Positions 51,221-62,934 of a stretch of 64,000 nucleotides of DNA are shown one piece after another. The DNA is taken from positions 1,504,001 through 1,568,000 of the forward strand of contig OZ250169.1 in NCBI GenBank assembly GCA_965237955.1. The letters are read 5' to 3'. Below the pieces are notes generated by a model. It ran no database searches. It was not told the origin of the DNA and saw only the letters and a program-made list of their open reading frames with translations. A program made the translations under genes and the position numbers. The stretch's first letter is position 1; each line of letters begins with the position of its first letter. The DNA comes from Candidatus Marinacidobacterales bacterium (GTDB lineage: Bacteria > Acidobacteriota > Vicinamibacteria > Marinacidobacterales > SMYC01).

Positions 51221-54078
51221 CTAAGATATCCTCTGCTTCGAAACGCTTCCCGTTCTCTGGAGGCCGGTTTCGGTAATGTCGGCGCTCTCCTGGTATACCC
51301 GATAGTCGGTATTGATGGACCAGAGATCGTGCGCCGCGCCGTCCAGCAGGTTCTCGGCTGCCATCATGCCCATCAGGATGCTGTGGTCCTGGTTGTTGTA
51401 CTTGAAGGACCCATAGCGACCGATCACGGAAAGCCCCTCCACCGTATCCAGGTAGGCGCGCACCACCCCGAGGTGCTCCATGTATCCCTTCTTGTACACC
51501 GGGTAGCAGCGGTGGGCGCGCGTCACGTGCCCGGCGGTAATCGCCTCTTTTTCAACGAGCCCGGTTGCCGCCAGCTCGGTTGTCGCTTGGGAGATGAGTT
51601 GCTCGTCGGTCCAGCTCCACAGCGGATCCTCGTCGAAGCACCAGTACTCCATGGAAAGAACGGTGTCGCGCTCCTCCCCGCAGAGCGTTGGGACCCAGTT
51701 GCGGTAGTTCGTGATCCTGCCGGTCTGCAAGCTATCGCCTTGCACGTATAGCCACTGATCCGGAAACGGGCTTTCGCTTGCCACCTTCAGGTAGACGAAG
51801 ACGGTATTTCGGAATGTCAGGGCCGCAGAAGCTTCGAGCACAGCACGGGGTACCATCGGGAGCGCTTTCACCAGCAGTGTCAGCGGCATCGTGCTGACGA
51901 CATGATCGACCTTTCTCGTCTCACCACTAAGAAGCTCGACGGTGCAAAGCCCAGACTTCCTGCCCGAGACGCGGGTGACACGAGAGCCTAGGTGGAGCGT
52001 CCCGCCGAGCTCGCGCACTCGATTCGCCATCCTTTCGTACACCATCCCCGAGCCGCGAGAGGGATACGCAAAGCGGGTAAGGAGCGTCGGATGCCGGCGG
52101 CCGTTGCCGAGGCCGATCGCAGCGGTCACGAGCTTCAAAAAGGAAAACTCCTTTGATCCGTTGAGCCGCAAAATCGGCATCGACCTGATCCGGAGGGATA
52201 CCCCAAAGCTTACGGCTATAGCTCTCGAAGAATGTTTCGTAGAGTCTTTGTCCGAACCGGTGGACAAGCCAGGATTCGAGCGAGTCTCCATTCCTTTGGG
52301 CAAAGGGCGTCTTTATATGCCCGAGCAGATAGCTTCCCGTGATATGACACGCCTCCCGCAGGCCGATCTTCCTCAAAGTATCGAACGGCTGGAGGGGGTA
52401 AGGAGGAGATGCCCTGAGATAGTTGAAGGTTAGGAGTGGCGGCTCCTAAGGCCGGGTTCGATAGAATCCGGCTGTGAAGGAAAAAGAAAGGAGCCACCAC
52501 GATGTCAAATCACCAAATCATCGATGCGAAGAACAGGAAGAAGCTTCGAGAGATACTGAGCTCGAAGGGGCAAGCTCTGTTGCCGTTCTTGGATGCGATT
52601 GAGCGAACCGAGATAGCGATCGACGAAGTGATCGACGTTGCTGGCCGAGCGACGATCGAAGCGGTCTTGGATCTGTCAGCCCAAAGTGTGGCTGGGGAGA
52701 AACACCCGGGGAAGAAGGGTAGCGATGTTCGCTGGCACGGCCGGCAGGGTGGCGTAGTAAGCCTTGCGGAGCGGAAGTTGAGAGTGAGCCGGCCACGTCT
52801 GCGGCGTAAGGGAAAGGCAGAGGGAGGGGAGGTTGCGATTCCTGCCTACGAAGCGGTGAACAACTCGTCTCGGCTGAGCCAACGCATCTGGGAAATCCTG
52901 ATGCTGGGTGTGTCGACGCGCAAGTACGCGTCGGTTCTTCCCGAGATGGCGGAGACGGTAGGGGTTAGCAAGAGCGAGGTGAGCCGTGAGTTCGTGGAAG
53001 CAAGCGCGGAGCAGTTGCAGGGGCTGATGGAGCGTCCGCTGGACGAGTTGGAGATCGCGGTCGTGTACCTGGACGGGATTCGCTTCGGCGAGCACCACGC
53101 GCTGGCGGCAATCGGCGTAGATACAGAGGGATACAAGCATGTTCTGGGGCTTCGGGATGGAGCATCGGAGAACCAGATAGTGTGCAAGGCGCTGCTGGAG
53201 GACCTGGTCGAACGAGGCCTGAGCCCAGAGCGGTGTCGGCTGTTCGTGATCGATGGCTCCAAGGCGCGACGGGTCGCCGTCGACGCTGTGTTCGCTCGGT
53301 TATCTGCCGCAGGAGCTGAAGCCGCAAGTGCAAGCGAGCCTGCGTTCGGCCTGGCAGCTCCCAGCAAAGAAGGGCAAAGCGCGGTTGGAGCAACAGGCGA
53401 AGTGGCTCGAGGACGACTACCCCTCGGCGGCGGAGAGCATCCGGGAGGGGCTCGACGAGATGTTCACCATCAACGAGCTCGACCTCCCCGCATCTCTGAA
53501 ACGCTGCCTTGGATCGACGAACATCATCGAGTCGTGCTTCAGCGGTGCGCGAGGTCGTACCCGTCGCGTCACCCGCTGGCGCAATGGCAAGATGGTTCTG
53601 AGATGGGCCGCTTCGGCTCTGCTCGCCACGGAGAAAAATTTCCGTCGTATCATTGGATACCAATCGCTACCGATCCTCGAAGCGAAGTTAGCGGAGGTCA
53701 CTGAGAATCAAGCGCTCGACAAGCACGCCAAAGTCGGGTAAACCATGTGTCAGGAGCCGCCACCACCTCGAACCTTCAACTATGGTGGGGGCACCTCCGG
53801 TAAGGATAGAATTCGTTCCGATAGTAGATACGCGTTAGACGATCCACCATCTCGTAGTCCTTGCCCACCACTTCGAGCCATAGTTGATTGACGCGCAGAT
53901 CCTTGCTGAAGAACCGGTGCGGTCCGAGATCGACTCGCTGGTTCCAGAGATCGAGACTTCGTGCGAGCCCGCCAACGTTCTCGCTGGCCTCGTAAACATA
54001 CACCTAAACTTCACTCTTGGTAAGCTGGTAGGCGGCGGTGAGCCCGGCGGGACCGGCACCAATGACTGCGACTCTCAT
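51221..54078 (-). pseudogene. FAD-dependent oxidoreductase (HemY/UDP-galactopyranose mutase-like) split by IS256, with a stop and a frameshift
   Basis: MRVAVIGAGPAGLTAA, DLGPHRFFSK, FAAQRIK, GRYGSFKYNNQDHS. Confidence 0.85.
52405..53798 (+). mobile_element. IS256-family element; transposase 52502-53741 has an internal deletion and frameshift
   Basis: TIRs GGAGATGCCCTGAGATAGTTGAAGGTT / GGAGGTGCCCCCACCATAGTTGAAGGTT; 8-bp TSD GGTAAGGA; GVSTR, YLDG, STNIIES. Confidence 0.93.
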
Positions 54079-54194
54079 GGGAAAAGGTCGACAAAACATG
54101 CATCAGGATGTCGATGCGATGAGTTTCGGATACTATCACGGCTCTCGAGTCGGGAGGAGGTGGAGCCATAATCGAACGGCAGCAGTATTCGTAC

Positions 54195-55874
54195 TTGGAC
54201 GCCATCGAGCGCGGCATCGTCGAGCTCGTCTGTGAGTCGATCTTCGGGTCACCGCTGGACGAATCGCTGAGCCGTGTTCAGGATCAGATCAACCAGAAGC
54301 GAAGGGCACTGTCCTGGTACACGCAACTTCCCTGTGCGGGGTTTCTGATTCTCTACGATGCCGCGCATCTCGTGTTCTTGAGTCACTCGTACCGATTGAC
54401 GCGAAAGCGCCGGCGGCGGATATGGACTGTCCTGAGTCGACTCCCGCTGCTCTCGAACTTCAACCTCTACTACCAGTCCGTGTGCGTCTACTTCTCCTTT
54501 GCAGGCTCGGGGGAGAAGCATGCGAAACGTTCTCCGGGCCACCTCTCCCCTCCCGCTCGAGCCAAAGTCGTGGTCATCGGGTCGGGTCCCGGCGGGGCGG
54601 TCACCGCCGATTGCCTCGCTCAATCCGGCTCGGATGTCGTGGTCCTCGAAGAAGGGCCGGAGATTCCCGATTCGCCCGACCAGCTCTCCCCGCCACTGGC
54701 CGACCGCTACTGCCGCGGTGGAGGTGTGACGGTAACGTTCGGCAACGTCACCATGAGTTTCGTCGAAGGTCGTTGCTTCGGTGGCGGTAGCGAGATCAGC
54801 GGGGGCCTCTACTATCGCACGCCGCTTCACGTGCTCGAACACTGGCGTGACGTTTTCGGCGTCGAGGACACCTTCAACCGTACCAAAGTGGTGCTGGAGA
54901 GAGGCGCGGAATCCCTCGGCTGGAATGTCACCAAGGTCTCGAGTTGTCACTTCGTGGATCAAGAAGGAAAGCTGCGTCGCAGCTCGGTGGCATCGACTTT
55001 CCTCCGCTCAGCTCGTGAGCTGGGGGTCCAGTCGCTCACCGGAACGCGTGTCCACCGGATCCGGCCGGAGAACGGGCAGTACGAGCTCGATTGCACGGTC
55101 GACGGAAGCCCGCACCGGCTCCGCTGTGAGAGCGTTTTCGTCTCTGCCGGTGCGACGCAGACGCCCCTGCTGCTGGTGAGAAGCGGGGTGCGGAAGAACG
55201 TGGGCCGCACGCTCCGGTTTCAGCCGATCGTGAAGGTCGTGGCTGAGTTCGACGAGGAGGTCAATATCGGTAAATCCCGTATGCCGCCCTACCACGTCCG
55301 CAGTGTCGACTCGCGTTTTGTCCTCGGCTCATCGGTTAGCACTCTCGACCAGATCGCACTGAATCTGCTCCTCTACCCCGAGGCCCTGGCCGAGGTGAGG
55401 CACAGCTGGAGGCGCATGCTGATCTTCCACGTCGGCATTACCAGTTCCGCGGCCGGTCGCATTCTTGCCGTCGGTAATCGCGACGATCCAATCGTGACCT
55501 TCCGCGCTTCGACGGCCGACGTCGAGAAGTTGAACGAAGGGCTATCGAAGATGAGCCAACTCTTGCTGAACGCCGGCGCCAAAGCCGTCTACGTCAACGC
55601 ACGAGGGCTAGCGCCCATCAGAGAGCTCGACCGAGTCCCCGAGAGTCTCGACCGCCGTCAACTCAATCTCTTCTGCTACCACCTCTCGTCGTCTTGCCCG
55701 ATGGGAGAGAACGAGGCGCTTCGTGCCGTGGACTCATTCGGACGCGTGGAGGGACACAAGGGTCTCGTTGTTTCGGACAGCAGTATGCTCAGTACAGCTC
55801 CCTCGGTGAACCCGCAAGGCAGCATCATGGCCTTCGCCAGACGCAATGCCCTGCGCTACCTCGAGCGAGCGTAA
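54195..55874 (+). CDS. GMC-family FAD oxidoreductase (start uncertain)
   Basis: VVVIGSGPGG, GRCFGGGSEI, SAGA.QTP.LL.RSG, HLSSSCPMG, VNPQGSIMA. Confidence 0.85.
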   Translation: MDAIERGIVELVCESIFGSPLDESLSRVQDQINQKRRALSWYTQLPCAGFLILYDAAHLVFLSHSYRLTRKRRRRIWTVLSRLPLLSNFNLYYQSVCVYFSFAGSGEKHAKRSPGHLSPPARAKVVVIGSGPGGAVTADCLAQSGSDVVVLEEGPEIPDSPDQLSPPLADRYCRGGGVTVTFGNVTMSFVEGRCFGGGSEISGGLYYRTPLHVLEHWRDVFGVEDTFNRTKVVLERGAESLGWNVTKVSSCHFVDQEGKLRRSSVASTFLRSARELGVQSLTGTRVHRIRPENGQYELDCTVDGSPHRLRCESVFVSAGATQTPLLLVRSGVRKNVGRTLRFQPIVKVVAEFDEEVNIGKSRMPPYHVRSVDSRFVLGSSVSTLDQIALNLLLYPEALAEVRHSWRRMLIFHVGITSSAAGRILAVGNRDDPIVTFRASTADVEKLNEGLSKMSQLLLNAGAKAVYVNARGLAPIRELDRVPESLDRRQLNLFCYHLSSSCPMGENEALRAVDSFGRVEGHKGLVVSDSSMLSTAPSVNPQGSIMAFARRNALRYLERA

Positions 55875-57741
55875 CCCCGAAAACCTGCCAAGAAGCCGAG
55901 CACCGTCAGTAGTCCGACCGACGCGATCATCGCACCGGTATACAAGGAGCGGGGGCGGTAGACAAACCTAACGATATGGTCACCCGGCGGAACGGCAACG
56001 GCGCGCTGAGCGTGATGCGCGCGGTGTATCGGCATCTCTCTCCCGTCAACCTCGGCGGCCCAGCCGCTGTGGAACGTGTCAGCAAGGACGACGTAACCCG
56101 CGCGGGGTGCCACGACAGCCAGCTCCACCATTTCCGGCTCACGGCGGGTGATGTCGACCGACTGCAGAACGTCACCGGCTCCCGGTACCGGGCAGGACTC
56201 CACCGATACCCCCGCCGCAGGCGTCCAGCAGGAAAGGCTGTCGAGCGCCTCACGATCCGCGCCTTCGACGTAGGAGTTGCAAGCCTCGACGAAGTACGCG
56301 CGCGGCACGCGGTGGAGGTTAAGGTGAACACCGTCCAGGTCCAAAAAATCGTCCGTTTGTGCAATGGGAGCTCCGTCGAGCTCGATGCCCTCAAGGCGTA
56401 GTCCCGAGCTATCGTCCTTGGCGCGCACGGTTAGTTCTCGGAAAATTTCAGGCGGAGAGAAGCGTATTTCGAGGGGACCGCGGGCAGGAAACGAGGCAGC
56501 GTGGCCGTTCGCGAGGACGGAGGCACTCCCGGCGTCGCCGATCCAACTCCAAGTGAGTCGCAGGTCGCGCACTTCTCTCGGCTGCTCCATCTTCAGCGTC
56601 AATGGTGAGATCGAAGGAGTGATATCGATCAGCGGTGACGGCGAGTGGACACGGGAACCGCACCATTTCCCGTCGGACGGCACCCGGGTGATAAACGCGA
56701 CGTTCAAGAGCGACAAAATATTGAGGCTTCGAGAGCTGGCGTCCAGCAGCTCGGCATAGCGGCCATCGAGCATCGAGAAATGCCCACCGACGAACTCGGC
56801 ACCATGGAGCATGGCGTAGTTTTCGAGGCGTCTACCACTCGCGTAGCGGGCGGGAAACGCCTGGGCAGCAACGAGTCGGGTGATCTTCCTCTCGCCCGCG
56901 CGGGCGAGCGTTCGGTAAGGGTGCATCCCGCGATCCTTGACGAAACTCCCGAGGTCGATCACGACCAGACCTCCAACCAACCAGACGGGCCATCGAGCGC
57001 GCGGTTTCCATCGGTAGGCCAGAAGAAAGATCGTATTGAGAGCTAGTAGCATCAGCGCCCAGTTGGTTCCCGCCACAAGTCGATCGACGGGCACGGACCC
57101 CGTGCCGTCGGCCCCTGTTAGGAGCAAAGTGTACAAGTACGCACTCCATGCACACATTAGGACAAGCAAAACGACCGCCGCTCCCAGCAGCGGACGTAAA
57201 CGACGTCGAAGCCGGTGCCCTCCCGCCAGAAGGCATTGGACCCCCAACCCAACCAGCACCGACATCGCGAGTGCGTATAGCCCGAGCCATCGAAATGGGA
57301 TCCGAAAACGTCCGAAGCCAGGAAGGCCCAGGTAAGCCACGTCGAACAGAATAGAGTCCTGCCCGACGGACAGGAATACGGCAACGACGGCAACCGCCGC
57401 AAAGAACCAGCGCGAGCGAACAGCCGACCACGTCAGCCCGATCGCCGCCAGCAACAAGGAACCGATCCCGACATACACATGTAGTGGCGCCGACGCAAGC
57501 TCGCCCGGCGGCACGACCTGCGCTCTCGGGACAAGAGCGGCCCAGAGCCAGAGTGGGTAAAATTCGAAGCTGGTCGCAAACTCGTAGCCCGAACCAGCCC
57601 GATACGATTCTCCTGCGAGCAGCACGGTTGGAAGAAACTGGACGGAGGCGATACTCGCGGCGAGACCGAGCGCCGGAGCGAAGCGGCGGACAAGACCCCA
57701 GCCTCCGCCCAGGAACCATGCCCAGGCCGACGCCAGCAAGA
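55856..57741 (-). pseudogene. YfhO-family membrane protein, 5'-truncated by IS5
   Basis: YVGI, LPGFGRFRIPFRW, LADTFHSGWAAEVDG, VPPGDHIVRFVYRP. Confidence 0.8.
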
Positions 57742-58828
57742 TGCCTTGGTGCACAACTCGCGATCTCGGTCCACAATTGTCCTTTACTCACGGATTCGAG
57801 GTTCCCCATGAGCATTTTCAAACGCACTCAGCGGAAGTATGTGAAGAAGGCCTATCGCGTGAGGAATTGGCGTGAATATGAGGCGGGTCTACGCAACCGT
57901 GGGAGCCTGACCGTCTGGATCTCGCTCACCGCCGGCAAGCTTGTGAACTGGGACGCGCCCCGGCCGAGGAGGAGGAAACCGGGCCGTCAACGCAAGTACT
58001 CGAACCACGCCATCGAGACGGCTGTCACCCTGGGCATGGTGTTTCATCTGTCATCTAGGCAGAGCGAGGGATTGATGCGATCGTTGTTCGCTCTGATGAA
58101 GCTAGACAATGATGTGCCCGATCACACCACGATCTCGAGGCGCAAGGCGAAGCTGGGTAAGGTCCCCTTCTACCAAGACAAGCAGAAGACGCCGTTGCAC
58201 ATCTTGATCGACAGCAGCGGTCTCGCTGTCCACGCCGGCCAGCTGCGCAGAGCACCAAAGAGCAGGGACTATCGCAAGCTCCATCTGTGTGTCGACGAGC
58301 AGAGTGGCGAAGTCGTCGCCGGCGAGCTGACGAGCAAAAGAGCCCGCGATTCATCGCGGGTTGCATCGCTTGTCGGACAGATCGACAGTCCCATCTCATC
58401 GGCCAGAGCTGACACCGCATACGACGCCGGCGGCGTCTATGAGGCAATCGAGAATCACAGCGCTCATTGCTCGCCGAGGGTGCTGATACCGCCGCGCAAG
58501 GGCGCCCAGCTCGCATCGGGGCCGGCGAGCAGCCGACAGCGCAATCGCAACATTGCAGCACAAGCTCGGCTCGGCAAACGAAAGTGGCACACAGAATCGG
58601 GCTACAGCAAACGGAGCAAAGTCGAGACAACGTTCCATCGCTACAAGGCTATCGTGGGCTCAGCGATGCGAGCGAGAGGGTTGGCGGCACAGAGAGTCGA
58701 GGCAAGGATCGGGTGCAAGATTCTCAACACCATGACGGCGCTCGGGATGCCTGATAGCGAGATGATCGGATGATGGGAGTCGGGGCCAAGCGAGCTATCG
58801 GCCTCTATCGGAGTTGTGCACCAAGGCA
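57742..58828 (+). mobile_element. IS5-family element, copy 3 (transposase 57808-58773)
   Basis: Same TIRs and ORF as copies 1 and 2; no TSD. Confidence 0.95.
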
Positions 58829-59750
58829 AAGGCACGCCGCGGTGGCTTCGAAGTGACGCGCGGCTTGGTCCTCGTGCTCCGGTTGTAGAAGAAGCCGCAT
58901 GTCGACCGGGGGTAGCGGCGGCTCGTCGAATCGCTTTTCCAAGACGACGTAATCGGGACTCGCCGTCCACGCGAAATCGTGCACGTCCGCCTGCCGATAG
59001 CGGTAGGTCGTCTTGCCGTCGGCGTGTAAGTCCTTTTCGACCTCGCGCCCGGTCGCACCAACGACGTACTCGCTCGGGACGGTGATGCGCACGTCGTACT
59101 CGCCGTAGTCCGAGTAAAATTCGGTACCGGCATGAAACTGGTGCGCGTTCCAGCCATCTTCTTCGAGAACCGCGACTTTGGGAAACCACTGGGCGATGAA
59201 AAAGAAATCCCCCACGAAATCCGGTACGCGCGAACGTGCGCGGGATCTTCGCATTCCAGGTCAGCTCGACTTGCGCGATGCCCTCGGGCTCGACCGGCTG
59301 GGGAAGCGGTACGACCATGACCGTCCGGTCGTCGGGGTTGCCGTCGTCGGGCGCGTCGAACCGCGCCTTGCTGGTCAGGTCGATACTGGGAACACCCACG
59401 TCGGGGATGAGCTCGATCGAGGTAACGTCCGTATAGCTCCAATCACCTTCCTGCGGGTCGTCACGATTCCTGCCACGGGAACGGAGGCGAGACTCAAGGA
59501 GCCACGTGCTGCGGTTGTTGCGTCACGCGTTCCAATACAAATGCAGGCGAAGCTCATCGGTCGCCGTGGGCTGGATGTTGCGCCAGGTGATGATCTCCTT
59601 CCCCGACAGCATCTTCGTCTCCGGGTCGAGTTCGACCTCGATGCTGTAGCTCGCGTTTCGAGCCGAAGGATGCCCTTCATCGGAGACTTCCTCTTGTGAA
59701 ACTCCGAGCGAGGGAACGAGAAGCAAAAGACCCAGTAGTGTTCGCTGCAT
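58829..59750 (-). pseudogene. M1 aminopeptidase N-terminal part, frameshifted and 3'-truncated by IS5
   Basis: ASYSIEVELDP, LHLYWNA, AQWFPK, EFYSDYGEYDV, VHDFAWTAS; no HEXXH. Confidence 0.8.
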
Positions 59751-59824
59751 GAGGCCCTCCAGATGCATTAACGAGAGCGAAAAAGGCGCCGTGATTATAT
59801 GGGCGCCATGACGCCCCGAACAAG

Positions 59825-59957
59825 CTAGCCCCCTGGATCTTTGATTACTATACAAAGTTAGGCTTTTCGCCAGCCCATAAGATTCATAAGATTCATGCAC
59901 TTAGAATGGTTTCGGCAAGCTCTGCTTTATCTAGTTTGTTCTGATACAGGGGACTAG
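59825..59957. mobile_element. 133-bp CTAG-flanked MITE, copy 2
   Basis: One visible difference from copy 1; its CTAG overlaps the channel gene stop codon. Confidence 0.88.
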
Positions 59958-60602
59958 TCCCCAGGCGTAGGGGTAGATATTTGCAGCGAGACGAGGCGTG
60001 CCAGAAGGATCGCCGGGTAAAGCTGGCCGATAAGGCCTTCGAGAACCGCGAACTGCCTGCCGACCGGAGTGACCGGGGTTACGTCCCCGTAACCCACCGT
60101 CGTCAATGTGACGAAGCTGAAATAGCTGAGACGTCCTACGAGCTCGTCATACAATTCCTTAGTCGTGGTCGCGCCACCGGTAGCCAGCTCGGCCATTTCG
60201 AACGCGTCGGGCTGTAACATTGCGATGAGAGCGAAAATCGAACCGAAGATGAGGCCGACCAAGAGATAGACGGCCACGGCGCCTTCGACACGATGTCTCG
60301 TGACCGGTCCCGCGGCGAACACGCGGCCAAGGATGACGACGCTCGCGAACGAGAAGAAGGTGATTCCCAGAATCGTGGAGGCGATGAGGAGCTCACGACT
60401 TGGCGTGGCGTAGGTGGCCCAACGGGTCAGTAGCGTGATCACCACGAGCCCTAGAGCGATGCGTCGCAGGTTTCGCTTCTCGACAGCGAACGTGCCCGAA
60501 ATCAGAACGAGCGAGAGGAACACGTCGATGACGTATTTCCGAGGCCCTCGGGCGGAAAGAACGGGTAGATGAGGAACAGAAGGACGTGAGAAAAAATTAA
60601 GC

Positions 60603-60630
60603 TTGACTAGCGGTACAGCTATGTTATAGA
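60603..60630 (+). promoter_or_regulatory. Sigma70-like promoter inside the IS1182 left end
   Basis: TTGACT-16 nt-TATAGA about 10 nt upstream of ATG 60640. Confidence 0.5.
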
Positions 60631-60639
60631 GTGACCAGC

Positions 60640-60843
60640 ATGGGATACGTGACAAAGCTGCAGGTGATCAAGCGAGCCAACGACACCCGTCAGTTCTATG
60701 TGATTTGCCCGTCACCTTTAGCCCAGGCGCTAGAGATGGAGCCGGGCGAGGAGCTGGAGTGGGTGGTGGAGGATCGAAACACACTGATTGTGCGTCGGAC
60801 GCCTAAGGCAAAGCGTGGGAGGAAGCGGGGTAAACGTGGGTGA
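60640..60843 (+). CDS. AbrB/MazE/SpoVT-like small DNA-binding protein
   Basis: FYVICPSPLAQALEMEPGEELEWVVEDRNTLIVRR fits the swapped-hairpin pattern. Confidence 0.7.
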   Translation: MGYVTKLQVIKRANDTRQFYVICPSPLAQALEMEPGEELEWVVEDRNTLIVRRTPKAKRGRKRGKRG

Positions 60844-62401
60844 TAAGCAAACGTCACTTCCAGGCTTTCCGAGTCCGCGAAAACGCAGCGATGGTGATGA
60901 CGGCGATGAGGGAGCGCGCGTGACACAAGCTCGGTTGAAGGTGGTCGATAGGGCGCAGCTGCTGCTGCGGACGGTCGACGTGGAGCGTTTGATCCCAGAG
61001 GATCACCCAGCGCGTGCGATCTGGGAGTTCGTGGGTCGGCTGGATCTCAGCGGGTACACGGATCAAGTCCGCTCGGTCGCGGGTGGCGCAGGCCGGCCTG
61101 CGTTTGATCCTCAGCTACTGGTGAGCCTGTGGGTCTACAGCTACAGCCAAGCCGTGAGTTCGGCCCGCGCGGTTGAGCGGCTGTGCGAACATCATCCGGC
61201 GTATCAATGGCTCAGCGGAATGCAGAGCATCAGTGCGCACACGCTGTCGGACTTTCGGATGATTCATAGGGAGATCCTGGACGAGTTGTTTGTGCAAGCT
61301 CTGGGAGTTTTGAGTTCGGACGGATTGATCACGCTCGAGCGAGTCATGCTGGATGGGACGAAGGTGCGCGCGAACGCTTCGTCGAGTGGATTTCGCCGCA
61401 AGCCGACGGTCGAAGAGTGTCTGGAGCAGGCGCGTGAGGCGGTAGAGACTCTCAACGCCCAGACGGAGGAGGAATCGAGCCGGCAGATGCAGGCAGCGCA
61501 GCAACGCGCCAGGCGAGAGAGACAGGATCGTCTAGAATCAGCGTTGAAGGAGTATGACAAGCTGAAAGCCGCGAAAAGCCGCATAGACTGCGTGAGCACG
61601 ACCGATCCCGACGCGCGGGTGATGAAGCAAGCCGAGGGCGGCTCCGCACCTAACTACAACGTCCAAGTCTCAACGGATGCCGCACACGGCCTGATTGTCG
61701 ACATCGATGCCACGCAGGCCGGTAGCGATTATCAGCAGCTGACGCCGGCCATAGAACGGATTGAGCAGAGCATGCAGCGTGCGCCCGAGCAGATGGTCGT
61801 AGATGGAGGCTACATTAGTAGCAACAACATCGCGGAGATGGCGAAGCGCGGCATCGATCTCGTCGGCCCCGACCACGAGAACAAGGCAGCAGAGGCCAAT
61901 CGGCGCAAGTCGTATAAGCACCACGGCGTGAAAGCGGAATACGAGGCGTCGAAGTTTGTCTTCGATACGCAGACCAACACGTATGTGTGCCCGCAGGGCA
62001 AGCACTTACGCTACGACGCCAAGCAGGAAAGCCATGGCACGATGCGCTATCGATATAAGGCGTCTAAGCAAGACTGCCAGACGTGTCCGGCCAAAGAGCA
62101 GTGTTGTCCTCGTACGCAGCACGGCCGCTCGATCGAGCGGCGCGAACTCTTGCCCGACATAGCCGCGTTCCGGAAGAAGATGCAGACCGACGAAGCCAAG
62201 GCCATCTATAAGACACGCTCGCAGGTGGCCGAGTTTCCGAATCTCTGGATCAAAACCAAGTTCGGCCTGCGGCAGTTTAGCGTGCGCGGAGTCGCCAAAG
62301 TGCGCACTGAATCTCTGTGGGTCGCCCTCACCTACGATATCTTGCAGTGGATTCGCCTCCGCTGGAGGCCGAAGATGGTATCGACACTCGTGCCGACGTG
62401 A
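60836..62401 (+). CDS. IS1182-family transposase (start approximate)
   Basis: IPEDHPAR, GRPAFDP, LDGTKVRANAS, STTDPDAR, DGGY, YVCPQG..C..CP....C, KFGLRQF..RG. Confidence 0.92.
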   Translation: MGDKQTSLPGFPSPRKRSDGDDGDEGARVTQARLKVVDRAQLLLRTVDVERLIPEDHPARAIWEFVGRLDLSGYTDQVRSVAGGAGRPAFDPQLLVSLWVYSYSQAVSSARAVERLCEHHPAYQWLSGMQSISAHTLSDFRMIHREILDELFVQALGVLSSDGLITLERVMLDGTKVRANASSSGFRRKPTVEECLEQAREAVETLNAQTEEESSRQMQAAQQRARRERQDRLESALKEYDKLKAAKSRIDCVSTTDPDARVMKQAEGGSAPNYNVQVSTDAAHGLIVDIDATQAGSDYQQLTPAIERIEQSMQRAPEQMVVDGGYISSNNIAEMAKRGIDLVGPDHENKAAEANRRKSYKHHGVKAEYEASKFVFDTQTNTYVCPQGKHLRYDAKQESHGTMRYRYKASKQDCQTCPAKEQCCPRTQHGRSIERRELLPDIAAFRKKMQTDEAKAIYKTRSQVAEFPNLWIKTKFGLRQFSVRGVAKVRTESLWVALTYDILQWIRLRWRPKMVSTLVPT

Positions 62402-62819
62402 GCGCGTTGAGCACACGCAGCCCGACTTGTTAAAGCGCTAGTCATAGAGCACCAACGAAACGCCGATACGATATCGGGTGAATCCGTACCGCGCGGACCC
62501 GACCCCCTAGTTGACAGAAGTGTGGACCAACCATCCCCATCTCCCTTGGGAAACGCGATTTTTTCTCACGTCCAGAAGAGTGGACAGAAAGGCCAGGAGA
62601 AACGACAGCGCCCGATCGGACGTGAACAGCAGAATTTCCTTCAGCCAACTAGTGACCAACCGACGAGCCTCCTGAAACGACGCTCATGTTACATCGAATC
62701 GACGGGCAAGCCTCAGGACCCTAACGCTGCCGGACGTTGACGCGCCCGCAAGCTATGTCTAGAATGTTCGTTCGGCTTCTTGATAGGTTCCCATTCTCAC
62801 GCGCATCAGATATTCCCAT

Positions 62820-62905
<86 letters not shown>

Positions 62906-62934
62906 TACGATTCTTTTGGTTATAGGTTTCTAAG

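Larger units (their letters stand above)
60582..62573 (+). mobile_element. IS1182-family element carrying a small AbrB-like ORF
   Basis: Perfect 16-bp TIR GGACGTGAGAAAAAAT; AGAA duplicated at 60578-60581 and 62574-62577. Confidence 0.9.
59954..62690 (-). pseudogene. Potassium channel family (Ion_trans_2) gene split by IS1182
   Basis: YFSFVTLTTVGYGD filter; N-terminal TM (DRALSFLLAFLSTLL) lies beyond 62577 and rejoins across the AGAA duplication. Confidence 0.8.
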
